This document shows positions 23,447 to 36,151 of a stretch of 64,000 nt of DNA, in pieces. Below the pieces are notes generated by a model. That model ran no database searches. It saw nothing but the letters and a program-made list of their open reading frames with translations, and was not told the origin of the DNA. The DNA lies in assembly GCF_001194135.2 (NCBI RefSeq), contig NC_068996.1:20805579-20869578 (forward strand). The letters run 5' to 3'. Positions within the stretch are counted from its first letter, which is position 1, and each line of letters opens with the position of its first letter. A program made the translations under genes and the position numbers. Source of the DNA: Octopus bimaculoides. Its lineage: Eukaryota.

Positions 23447-24935
23447 AAGAAAATGACTCTCCCCAGACACAACAGATTAAGTTACTAATTTTTAATAAAA
23501 CTTGTATCTGTGTACAACAAGAATAATTGACAAGAACTGATTTGAATATACTAGACATGATTAATAGTGAATTATTAATCATGCCTTCAGTAATACTAGA
23601 TACAATGAAGACCAGTTAGAGACAGCAAAAAGCAATAATCTTACGAGTGAGGCATAACTTTTAGCATTCAGATTACTCTGTCAAATGTAATTCTTATTTA
23701 TTCACAGTTTTGAATTAATCATGCATTGCAAGGTAGGTATGAGAGGCCAGATCTAGCTGGTTTGAACGTAAAAGAGAATATTTGAGACACATATGGCTGG
23801 TTTAAATGCTAAGGGGTCAAGTTACAAATTAGTGCTTGAATTGTGGTTGGGGATTTCATCAGTAAACTTGCTATTCTTTTCTGCAATAGACCCCTACTCC
23901 TCTTCCTTGCTGCTGCCACCGTTGTCACCATCATTACTATCTAACGTCTGTTTTCTGTGCTGGCATGGGTTGGATGGTTTGACAAGGAGAGAAGGAACAG
24001 TGATGGATTCCTAGTTGAATGTTTGCATGATGTAATATTGATAACAGAATTTATATATGTTAGGGAGTGATTAATGGAAATGATGCTGTAATTGTCATCA
24101 TCACCACCACATTCCTAATAAACATAAAGTCTTAAACTGTCCATTAATTTACCATCAGGAGACTGACCCTCTCATTTTGTTTAGATTATAGCAGAAAAAT
24201 AAATATATACTTTATTTTTAAATAATTACACATGGTTGAATAAGTTAGTAACCTTTTATAATAAAAGGAATATATTCATTCAAATACATCAAACACAATT
24301 CGAAAGAGTAAGAGAAAGTTGTAGCGAAAGAGTCAGCAGAAGTTCACCATTACCTTCTGCCGGAGCCACATGGAGCTTAGGTGCTTTGCTCATGAACACA
24401 AACACCACCCAGTCTGAGATTTGAACCCGTAATCCCTTGACAACAAGTCTTTTTAGCAAGACAACAATAGGCAAGTGTTAATAATTATAAGAAAAGCAAC
24501 AATCACTTTCAAATTAGGCAGAGGGCCAGCACTTTTGAGCAGAGAGTATTAATTGATACCACTGACTCCAGTATTTGACTGCTATTTATTTTACTGAGAC
24601 TGGAAGGATAAAAGGCAAAACTGACTTCAGTGGATTTTGACCTCAGAATGCAAAACCCCAGAAAAAGTATTGTTAGCCCCTTTGATATTGACTCACCCTG
24701 CACCACCCATTATTCTAATGATACAAACTTTCTGTTTTAAAGTGAATAAAATTAAATCTTGCATCAGAAATTTCATATTAATTTATCTTCCAATCTTTGG
24801 CTTAATACTGATGAAGATATTTTACTAGAGTCTTCATTATTATGAGAATTAATTGAAACAAAGGCAGTGTAATTCAACAGAAACCTAATAACAAAAGTGT
24901 TAAGCATTTTGTCTGACCCTCTAATGATTCTACCA

Positions 24936-25497
24936 ATTATTTACATTATTTACATTTGACGGATATTTGCCCTCATCTTGTTTGTTGTTAACACGTTTCA
25001 GCTGATACACCCTCCAGCCTTTATCAGGTGTCTTGGGGAAATTTCGAAACTGGGTTCTCATTCCTAAGGTATTTTTCGATGTTATTATTATTATCATTAT
25101 TATTATTATTATTATCCAGGTCAATGCCTGGAATTGAACTTGGAATCTTGGGGTTAGTAGCCCATGCTCTTAACCACTATGCTATATGCCCATGGGCCCA
25201 CAGGCAATTGGCGTAGTGGTTAAGAGTGCGGGCTACTAACCCCAAGATTCTGAGTTCGATTCCAGGCAGTGACCTGAATAATAATAATAATTGTAATAAT
25301 AATAACAACAACAACATCGAAAAATACCTTTGGAATGAGAACCTAGGTTCGAATTTTCCCCAAGACACCTGAACAAGGCTGGAGGGTATATCAGCCAATA
25401 TGTTGTGTTAACAACAAACAAGATGAGGACAAATATCTGTCAATTGTAAATAATGTAAATAATGTACATAATTCCTCATCTCTTAAATATAGAACTG
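24936..25497. mobile_element. Palindromic tRNA-head/hammerhead element (family D), copy 2, most complete
   Basis: Two arms of about 250-290 bp in inverted orientation around TATGCCCATGGGCCCACAGGCA (about 25184-25206); right end CCTCATCTCTTAAATATAGAACTG. Confidence 0.85.
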
Positions 25498-26624
25498 GAT
25501 TCTACCACTCCACTGCCTGAAAACACCATGAGAGAATGCTGATTTGTTTGTTCCTTCTCGAGCCATGATTGGCTCATAAGGGCTAGTTTCCCAGTTTTGT
25601 TGCCATATAGGTTCCCCACCTGGACGGGATGCCGGTCCATCACAGGTGAGCTGCTAGGTGCAGGAAGAAAGAGTAAGAGAAAGTTGTGGCAAAAGAGTCA
25701 GCAGAAGCTCCCCATTACCTTCTGCCAGAGCCATGTGAAGCTTAGATGTTTTGCTCATAAACACACACCGCCCAGTCTGAGATTCGAACCCGCTGCTCTA
25801 ACCACTAGGCCATGTACCTCTAAGAACGCTGATTTACTGCTATGAAATATTCCAGTAACAACAAATAAAATTTGACCAATTGGCATAGAATCACTTAGTG
25901 TTATTTCCTCTTTCTGTATCACAACTAAAATGGCTTCTACTTCTTGGAGTTAGCTGAGTTCATAACTCCACTCAGGCATTACTTACCCACTTCCCTCCGC
26001 TCCTTTCAATACCCTTGTTGTGTCCAACACCAGCCTGAACTTCACATTAACTCCTAATCCTAATCCATTTTATCTAGAATATTGACCCCATAAAACTCTA
26101 CTCATTGTTTTTCCTGTAGGTGTTAATTTGCAGTCCCACCTTAAGAAAACATTAATGGTTTCAATCTCACTAGTCTCAAGGGGATATTGGAAATGATGGG
26201 TACCACCCCATCCTCTGGCTCCAGCAAGTAAAGACAGAAAAAGCATCAAATAAGAAAAAAAATTTACAAAAATGTTGAAGAATAATTCAATAATTATTGT
26301 ACAAAAGTATTGGTTATTACCTCATATAACACACACACATATTATAGAATGTGTGTTGATTACAACTTTAAGATACACCCGATGGCTTATTCAATACATG
26401 ACTGTTTGAATAAGCTTCATATACAAAACTTGGCAGTTCCAGTTAACACAACCTTTACAATAAATCTGACTCTACTTTCAGTATTGAGTCTCCTCCATCA
26501 TCAGTAAATGTTTTGTGGTTATTCTTAAACTTGCATTAAAACAATCTTATTTTAACACACATGCGTGCACACGTGCACACACGCTCACACACACACACAC
26601 GTACACACACACTCACTAACTAAC

Positions 26625-27020
26625 TCAGTTTTGTTGAGGTGAGCAAATCTTCTTGAGGACTGCAGATTGCCAGTCATCCAGATCCTTTTTCATCTTCTCC
26701 ATGAGGTTCAAGGTCCTGAGATCAAACTTTATGACTTTGCTCCTCATCTTCTTGGATCTTCCTCTTCTGCAAGCTCCATCCACATTAAGTGATTGGCACT
26801 TCTTTATACAACTGACCTCATCCATACTCATCACATGTCCATAATAGAAAAAATCTTCTTTCTTGCACATTACATCTGATTTCTCTAATGCCTAGTTTTT
26901 CACTCAGCACATTTATACTATGTCACTGGTACACAGATATTGTACATCAAATGGAGAAAGCTCGCTTCATTTCTTTCCAGTCTTCTCATATCCTCGACAT
27001 TCAAGGCCTGTTTCTCACAA
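26625..27020 (-). mobile_element. RTE LINE 3' ORF fragment
   Basis: YYGHVMSMDEVSCIKKCQSLNVDGACRRGRSKK is a decayed form of the RLRWFGHV..G.R.RGRP motif. Confidence 0.75.
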
Positions 27021-28674
27021 CCATGCAACATAACCATTCTAACACCATCAATTAACAGTCATTTTTCCATACTGGCAATCCAAACTCTAATCTGTTTTAG
27101 CATGGTTTCTATGCCTGGATGTCTTTCTTAACACCAGCCACTTTACAGAGTGTACTGGATGTTTTTCATGTGTCACCAGGATTCGCAGAGGCACCAAGTA
27201 ACTCACAAGACAAAGACCTCTCGACTAAGAGGGAGAGAAGTACTGAGGGTGGGGATCTTTGTGCCAGGTGATAAGAGGTTATAAGAATAACCACTGATCA
27301 ATAACACACACACAACTATATACAGATGAAATTATAGTCAACTGTTTATATGAGTGATATATTTGTTTATTTTAATTCTTTTTACTTATCTTTCTATCAG
27401 ATCTTCACTCTACATTTTAAATGCCATACTCTTTAAAATATATTAGTGATAACTGAAATACAAGTTTCATATGGTATCAAGATGCATATTTCAATACCCA
27501 CCCTTCTTAGCCATCAAGGGCCATGCATTTCTTGATAATCTCCCTTGCATTTATTAAATAATTTAGGTTACTTAATATACCATTATCTCTCTTCCTTACC
27601 CCTTTCTTACACCCTATATAAACATCCTCCATGTGCCCGTGCTTTCTGTTGATACTAAAATTAGCCAATTTAGTTTTATGGGTATTCTGGTTAAACCCCA
27701 CAAAAAGTGTGAAGCGAGTGTTTCCTAATGCAGAGAAAAGACAAGAATCTTATCACAATAATATATTACTGTCCTGTAATAAAAATGCAATAACTACTCT
27801 AAAAATAAAGCTGATGCAGCAGTAATGGTATTGCCACACACACACATATAAATATACACATTCACTAAATCCATTCTCTCAGCAAAACCACGTATACAAT
27901 ATGACAATTATCCTAGCAAACATCAACACCTGTCATGTTGGGACTGTAGAACGTTGGGCTTGTGTCAGGTGTATACAACAACCAACTGTCATTTAGCAAC
28001 TCACCACCACCACCACCACTGTCACCGCTGCCGCCACCAGCAGCACTAGCACCAGCACCACCACTGCTACTGCATGATATTTGCAGATGTTCTCAATCCC
28101 AAATGCCTACATGACAAAGATTAAAATCCTAGATAAAGTGGCTTTACTTGTGTGAGAGAAACTTGTGTACTCAGTGCTAACAATGATATAGTTCAGAATT
28201 TGATAAATTAACAGAGAAGCAGAACTTCATGTGTGATAGGTGTAAAGGAGTTGTAAGCAGTATGAATAGCTATGAAAAGTTCAAGAGCTGCTTAGACAGA
28301 CCCTTAAGTGTAATTGTTAGTTAGCCTATGTTATCTCTGGGATCTGATTATAACTGCATGTAGTGTTGTATGAAGTGAAAGTAGAGCTGTAAGATAAAGA
28401 TGTTTAGGGGCTGTGACCTTTACTATTTTACTATTTTACTATTTTACTTGTTTCAGTCTTTTGACTGTGGCCATGCTGGAGCACCGCCTTTAGTCGAGCA
28501 AATCGACCCCAGGACTTATTCTTTGGAAGCCTAGTACTTATTCTATTGGTCTCTTTTGCCGAACCGCTAAGTTAGGGGTACATAAACACACCAGCATCGG
28601 TTGCCAAGCGATGTTGGGGGGACAAACACAGACATATATATATATACATATACATATATACGACGGGCTTCTTT

Positions 28675-28884
28675 NNNNNNNNNNNNNNNNNNNNNNNNNN
28701 NNNNNNNNNNNNNNNNNNNNNNNNNNNNNNNNNNNNNNNNNNNNNNNNNNNNNNNNNNNNNNNNNNNNNNNNNNNNNNNNNNNNNNNNNNNNNNNNNNNN
28801 NNNNNNNNNNNNNNNNNNNNNNNNNNNNNNNNNNNNNNNNNNNNNNNNNNNNNNNNNNNNNNNNNNNNNNNNNNNNNNNNNNNN
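28675..28884. other. Assembly gap (210 N)
   Basis: N run truncating a family A SINE. Confidence 0.99.
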
Positions 28885-29169
28885 AATATTTGCAACAAAA
28901 AGTCCCAAAGGACTAAGTGGGGTGTTAAACTGGGTAGTGAATTAAGTCTAGAAATTAGAGGTGAAACAACATGGACATTAAATAGGCAAGTTGAAGAGAT
29001 CATGGACAGAAATGAGGCAGCTATAATCAGTTGGATTGTGTAGACATGTATGGAAGACAGAGTACAAAAATGAACTGAGAGAGTTTCTGGAGATTAACTT
29101 TTTTTGATACTAATCCACCGGAAACTGATCTTGGCCCTATGCTACAAAAGTCCCATTTAAAGTGATTTA

Positions 29170-29251
29170 CATTTAAACTTCTCATTAATCTTGGGGTTGG
29201 TAGCCCACTCTCTTAACCACCATATGCCCGTGGGCCCACGGGCATATGTGA

Positions 29252-29292
<41 letters not shown>
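29170..29292. mobile_element. Family D element, copy 3 (collapsed centre only)
   Basis: Antisense tRNA-head fragment, perfect 28-bp palindrome CATATGCCCGTGGGCCCACGGGCATATG (29221-29248), then TGACCTGAAT(AAT)n. Confidence 0.75.
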
Positions 29293-29293
<1 letters not shown>

Positions 29294-29800
29294 GTATAAA
29301 AGATGGGCTACAATAGTATAAAAGATGGGCCACAGCAAATATTCTGCTTAATACCATAGATTTGCTTGTCAGTTGTTTGACCGTAACCAGTTGAGGATAT
29401 CCCTTGGTGGCTGACGATATGTGCATCTCTGATCATGAGCAGAAGTAGTGGGGGAGCATCATAGCCATGTGTTGAGAGGAATTCTTTGGGGTTTGAATAA
29501 TTCACCTTTGGAAACATGGGTGTTTTGCTCAACATCCTTAAACAATCCTTATTCAGGGACCTTTTGAGCAGGATGGGCTACTCGACCCGAAGAAAATTCT
29601 AACTGGGCCCCACCTGCGAGGTCATGCGCTGTTTATCTTCATATGAGATCACCATATCGCGCACATATGGTTGTGATGCATGTGTCTGGTGTACCCTTAT
29701 CAGGTGGGTAGTTGTGATGGGTATACTGGGCTTTTCATATTTTACCCCAGTGTCACTTTGATGGCATGCACTGCTCTCTCACTCAATAATAATAATAATA
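29293..29800 (+). mobile_element. (AAT)n-tailed non-autonomous retroelement family F (second copy 33625-34050)
   Basis: The two copies share GTATAAAAGATGGGC..TGCTTGTCAGTTGTTTGACC..GATGGCATGCA.TGCT.TCTCACTCAATA; both begin right after an (AAT)n run. Confidence 0.65.
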
Positions 29801-30091
29801 ATAACATGATTATCTAATGTGCTGGTATAGGTTACATGATATGAATGGATAAAGAGTGCTGAATGTAGAAGTTATGTGTAATGGAGTTTCAAGGAAGACA
29901 TGACAAGAAGTCATGAATGAATAGACAACAGCTGCAGGAAAGTAAGACACAGAATAGAAAATATGAAAAGAGATATTAAAGTCAATAGTTTGAATGATTC
30001 AATTATAGGAACACTTTATTTCAGAAATATAGATTATATTAAGAAAAACTGAAATCATTAATTAATTATAAAAAAAAAAAAAAAGCCTCAC

Positions 30092-30222
30092 CTCTTGACA
30101 ATGTTGTCTTGCTAACATAACACATTCTGCAATTATTGAAAGATTGGATTTTCCACCAAATACTTGGCGCTTGAACATGTCAACAAATATTTTCAGTTCT
30201 TGATGTGACCAAACAACAATGG
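30092..30222 (-). CDS. EXOC8: EXOC8 exon
   Basis: TAG acceptor, GTGAGG donor. (A)IVVWSHQELKIFVDMFKRQVFGGKSNLSIIAECVMLARQHCQE versus human AFVVWARSAMGMFVDAFSKQVFDSKESLSTAAECVKVAKEHCQQ. 131 nt; absent from the ORF track. Confidence 0.95.
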
Positions 30223-30251
30223 CTACAAGGAGAATAACAACAACAACAGTA

Positions 30252-30285
<34 letters not shown>

Positions 30286-30478
30286 GGACTTACAAATATA
30301 TATAACATACAGAAAATTGCACTACTGGGCACTGCACACATCCTACGCAAAACACTTTCAATACAGTAACCATAAGAGCACCACAGCAAACCACAGCACA
30401 TACCCAAGGCGCACAGAGCTGTGCTCGGTAGTGAAGTGAAAGCACGTTATAAAAATAAAACTACTGAACAATAATAAC

Positions 30479-30525
<47 letters not shown>

Positions 30526-30526
30526 C

Positions 30527-30574
<48 letters not shown>

Positions 30575-30842
30575 CCTCTCTTCTGGGGGCACAAGGCCTC
30601 AAATTTGTGGGAAGAAGACCAGTTGATTACATCGACCCCAGAGTTTCACTGTTACTTAATTTATTGAACCCGAAAGGATGAAAGGCAAAGCTGACCTCAG
30701 CAGAATTTGAACTCAGAATGGGTGAAATACCGCTAAGCATTTTGTCCAGCATGCTAATAATTCTACCAGCTTGCAGAATAATAATAAACTAGAAGATTAA
30801 TGAATTGGGAAACTTAGAAAACTAGGAAACTATTAGCATACC

Positions 30843-32260
30843 AAAAGTCACAACTCCCAAAGCAGACACTGACAGAATACATCTACCCTACTGAGAAGGA
30901 GGTCATGGCCTGACACAGATAAAGAACTACTACAAAACAACAGTTGGACTAAAAAAAACTTAGAAACAAAAATTGGATGACTACTGTATGTAATAAAGCA
31001 ACACAAAAAATAAATAAATATATATATAGAAAACACTTTTCTCTATAGACAAGGTGACAAAATACAAAAGAGAAACAAACTACACTGAAGCACTGATCTC
31101 AGATGACAACATGACAGATACAAAAAAAAAAAAAAAAAAAATCACTCCAAGGCCAATACTCTGCAAGACTCGACAGAGAAGTGAGCCTAAATGAACCCCA
31201 ACAATGGTTCAAAAGGTCTGGACTAAACACAGAAATGGAAAGACTGATTCTTGCTGCACAAGACCAAAGCCTGACCACAAACAACTATAAAAGCAAAATA
31301 ATGGAAACACCAAATACAGAACATGCAATCAACACAATGAGACATTGACATCATCTCTGGCTGTCCGGTCCTTGCAAAATCTGAGTATATATATATATAT
31401 ATATATATACATACATACACAGACCAGTACCGCCTGACTGGCCTTCGTGCCGGTTGCACGTAAAAGCACCCACTACACTCTCGGAGTGGTTGGCGTTAGG
31501 AAGGGCATCCAGCTGTAGAAACTCTGCCAAATCAGATTGGAGCTTGGTGTAGCCATCTGGTTCACCAGTCCTCAGTCAAATCGTCCAACTCATGCTAGCA
31601 TGGAAAGCGGACGTTAAACGACGATGATGATGATAACCAAGAAATAGGTATATCCATTGGGCAATATGCCAACACTACAACATAAAAACTGATAAGAAAT
31701 TATATAAACATGTGCTAAACAAGGTACATAAGAACTAGAATACATATATGTCTGTGCATGCTGGCATCAAAGTTACTTTTCTTATTTTCAAAATTTATTG
31801 AAACAAAGACAGCATATTTCAGCAGAAATATGGTGGTAAAATGGTTATCTAATGTGCTGGTACGGTTACATGATATGAATGGATGGATCCATAACACTAT
31901 ACAAAACCTAACCCTTCTAGGAATAATTCACATTCTATGCAAGACACTATCAATTCAATAATACAACCCAAATATAACAATCCACAAACACAAGACACAC
32001 TGTATACAGTATGTAATAAAATAAACAACCTCCATATGTACTCTGCAGGTCAGATACCCAACAGAAGAACACAACTCGCATTACACACAACACAAATACT
32101 ATTATAACAAAAGATTCCAACCAAACTCCCATACCAAAACAAACTGATACAATACAACACTGGGAAGAGTTTGTACTCCTTCAACACCAACAAAAAAATA
32201 TAATACGAGGTGCTGCAGACATCTCAGCAACACCAAAGTGTAGCATGAGATGCAGTAGAA
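30843..32260 (+). mobile_element. R4/Dong-like (RLE) LINE remnant, interrupted by (TA)n, a family C element and an RTE scrap
   Basis: ERLILAAQDQSLTTNNYK..IISGCPVLAKSEY, then after the insertion YIHWAICQHYNIKTDKKLYKH, and at 31888 IHNTIQNLTLLGIIHILCKTLS. Confidence 0.65.
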
Positions 32261-32612
32261 ATGTACCTGAAACTATCAAATGTCAAATAATAATCCTTCC
32301 TTCTATAGGTACACTGTCTGAAAGTTTGGGAGCTAGTTGATTACATTGACCCCAGCACTCTACTGGTACTTTGTTTCACTGACAATTAATTTATTGACCC
32401 TGAATCCCTTCTATTATAGGCATAATTTGGGGGAGGGGGACAGTAAATTACTTTGACCCCAGTGTGTAACTGGTACTCATTTCATCAATCCCAAAAGGAC
32501 GAACAGCAAAATCAACCTCGGCAGAATTCAATGTAAGGCCAGACAAATGCTAAGCATTTTGCCCAGCATGCTAATGATTCTGCCAACAACAATAATAACA
32601 ATAATAATTATG

Positions 32613-32654
<42 letters not shown>

Positions 32655-32699
32655 GCAGAATATTTGGTAAATAGCAAACAAGACCTGCTACAAGGAAGG

Positions 32700-33585
32700 A
32701 TTTACCAAAAATGGAATTGAGAGTGCTAATGAATTCCGATCATAAATCGCCAGCGAGAAAGAAGAAACTCTACTCTGCATGGAATTACATGGTCAGTTCT
32801 ACTATGAAACTAAAAGACCAAGAAGCCTCATGGAGCTGGCTCAGCAAGGATGACCTAAAAAAGAAGACTGGAAACCTAATTATTGCTGCCCAGGATCAGG
32901 CATTAAATACTAACTCAGTGAAAAGGGATTTATACCACACAAGTGCAATGAACCTCTGCAGAATGTGTGGGAAGCGGGTTATAAGCATGATAAGTCTTGC
33001 AGAAAAAGAGTACAAATGCAGACACAACAAGGTAGCCCAAAACCTTCACTGGCTACTATACTGAAAGTATGGATATAAGGTAACGGGTGCTTGGTACCAA
33101 CATACACTGGAAAAGGTAATGGACAAAAAGGGGAAGGCAAATATCCTCTGGGACTTTGACTTCCAGGCAGACAAGATATTTGAGCACCAAAGACTGTATA
33201 TAGTAACTTTAGGAAAGACAAACAAAAGTGCCTAATAATCAACATAGCAGTGCCAGGAGATCAACATATTACCATGAAAGAAAGAGAAAAGATTGATAAA
33301 TATGGAAACTTGAGAATTAAGATCACCAAGATGTGGTAGCTATGAGAGTCAAACATAAAGGTTGTTCCTGTTGTCATCGGAGCATTGGGTTCAATACCAC
33401 CCAATCTGAAGAAACAATTGGAAATTTTAGAAAAACTCTACAATCTAAGTGTATTGCAAAAGTTGGCATTACTTGGGACTGCATGCATATTGCATAAAGT
33501 ACCTGTCTTGACAGACAGTACAAACCCCTGGTAGACACAACACCTTCAATCAACATCAAGATATTGGATATTGTGTGATGTTTTA

Positions 33586-33620
<35 letters not shown>
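32700..33620 (+). mobile_element. R4/Dong-like (RLE) LINE 3' fragment with (TAA)n tail
   Basis: SWLSKDDLKKKTGNLIIAAQDQALNTNSVK..CRMCG..LAEKEYKCRHNKVAQNLHW, then ILWDFDFQ, KVVPVVIGALGSIP and LQKLALLGTACILHK. Confidence 0.8.
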
Positions 33621-33628
<8 letters not shown>

Positions 33629-35669
33629 GCCTTGATGCAGTACCAAGCAGTGGCTCTCATGGCTTCTGATCTTAACTGACTGGAAGTGTTATCATGTACA
33701 TTGTTTGTCTTGGTATAAAAGATGGGCTACAGCAAATATTCTGCTTAATACCACAGATTTGCTTGTCAGTTGTTTGACCTTAACCAGTTGAGTTTGTCCC
33801 TTGGTGGCTGACGATATGTGCATCTCTGATCACGAGCAGAAGTAGTGGGGGAGCATCATAGCCATGTGTTGAAAGGAATTCTTTGGAGTTTGAATAATTC
33901 ACCTTTGGAAACATGAGTGTTTTGCTCAACTTCCTTAAACAAACCTTATCAGACAGGTAGTCACGATGGGTACATTGGGCTTTGTATATTTGTACCCTAG
34001 TGTCACTTTGATGGCATGCATTGCTTTCTCACTCAATACATAATAACAACAACAATATTGAAAACAATTCTATTAAACTGTGTATTAGCTAATCAACAGA
34101 ATATCATTGTCATAATGATCATTGTTTTAATGTCTACCTGTTCTTGCATGGGTCAGATGAATTTGCTGAGGTAGATTTTCTATGGTTGGATGCCCTCCCT
34201 GTTGCTAACACTCACCTATTTCCATTCATAGTTATATTTCTCTGTGCCAGGCATGTTTTTCATAGATGTTTTTATACAAAAGACATCACTTGTATGTCAG
34301 TGACACTTGTTTACAACCATCATGTAATGACAAGACAAGGAGACACCAACAACAATTCATATACACATGTATACATAAGTATACATGAATATGCATGTGA
34401 TAGACTTCTTTCAATTTCAATCTATCAAATCCACTCACAAAGCTTTGGTCTACCTAGAACTGTAGAAGACTTGTCCAAGGTACCATGCAATGGGACTGAA
34501 CCCAGAACCAAGTGGTTGGGAAGCAAGCAATGCCTGTGCCTGTATATCCTTATATATGTAAGTATGAAGTGTGTGCTTGTATATATAAAACATGTGGCAT
34601 ATGAAAAAAGGTTCTGAAACAAAACAGAAAAGAAAGAGAGGAAAATAGTCAGGTTAGGACATATAACACAACTGGAATAATGCAAATATAGAAAAATGAA
34701 TGTTAAAATGAAGATAATGATGATGTCAGATCTTTCATTACTTGCTATATTGTGCAATGTTTGGTTGTGTGCAACATGACAGTCTCACTCTCTCTCTCTC
34801 TCCCTTTCTCTTTGTTATAAATGTAACCCCTAATTTAGGCATTCATGGTGTAAAATGGGAGGGAGTAAGTAGAAAAAGGTGTGTTTGTCAATGTTTTGAC
34901 TGAGAAATCTTTTTACTGAATCATTATACGTTTTCTCTCTTCATGGCAGAAGGGTCACTTTGCAACCACATGGTTTTGGGCAAGTGCCTTTTACTGTAGC
35001 CCTGGGCCAGTGAATGAATTCAGTAGATAGAGACTGTGTGGAAGCCGATCTTGTGTGTGTTTGTGTGTGTGTGTACACACACACATATATATCATCATTT
35101 AATGTCTGTTTTCCATGCGGGCATGGGTTGGACAGTTTGACAGGAGCTGGTAGCCAGAAGATTGTACCAGGTTGTAAAGTTGCTGGCATTAGGAAAGGCA
35201 TCAAGCCATACAAACCATTCCAAAATAGACAATTGGAGCCTTGTGCAGCCCTTCAGCTTGCAAGTTTCCAGTCAAACTATCCAACTCATGCCAGCATGGA
35301 AAACTGATGTTAAATGATGATGATGATGATGATGGTTATGATGATGGTTATGATTGTGATGATGAAGAATTGCTGTAAGTATGCTGTATTTTGATGTTTT
35401 TTGCAAAATGGTTGACCCTTTGGTTATTGTCATCCATTGTATGTAACTAATATAACAAGCTTCACAGTGGATGTTTGTTAGTCAGATATTCTTAATCTGG
35501 AGTCTACTGTAGACAATTCCTCTCAGGCGATGTACAACATATTCCCTTCCACATCTAGAATAATAGTTGTGGTTGTGTGGCATGTTGGGCAAGTGTTTTC
35601 TGCTATATCATGGGCCGACCAAAGCCATGTGAGTAAATTTGGGAGATGTAAACTGTATGAAAGACCATC

Positions 35670-35728
<59 letters not shown>

Positions 35729-35970
35729 TAAACGGGTGAATGGACAAATGAAAGAAAAAGGCATTCAGCCAATTTTCCAGTAGCCAACTGGATATGAATC
35801 TGTGACCTTTGAGTTAGTAATCCAGTACCTGATATTTCCCAACAACTCCTTTATTTTCTTGTAAAGTAATGTAGCAAAAACGATAAGAGTACAGAAGACC
35901 AAAAATCAAAGGATAATGGTGAAGCTGTTGGTGATGAGGATGACAATGATGAGTAAAATCAAATAGTTAC

Positions 35971-36151
35971 CAGAATAACAGCCGTAATTCTGTGGAAATG
36001 CTTTCATAAATTCTTTGCCTGTTTCAGCTAAACTTGAGAAAAATCCTGTACAGAGACGCTTGATGTACAATGTTGTTGAACCTTCAAACTTCAATTGTCT
36101 GATGTTATATTTAATAATGGCACTCCGGTTGTTCAGAAACAGTTCACAGGC
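35971..36151 (-). CDS. EXOC8: EXOC8 exon
   Basis: TAG acceptor, GTAACT donor. ACELFLNNRSAIIKYNIRQLKFEGSTTLYIKRLCTGFFSSLAETGKEFMKAFPQNYGCYS versus human ACELFLRNRAAAVHTAIRQLRIEGATLLYIHKLC. 181 nt. Confidence 0.97.

Noticed and set aside
25987-26035. Strong GTAAGT donor with a nearby upstream CAG on the EXOC8 strand (possible cassette exon)
   Set aside because: No similarity to EXOC8, and the protein is already colinear with the human sequence without it
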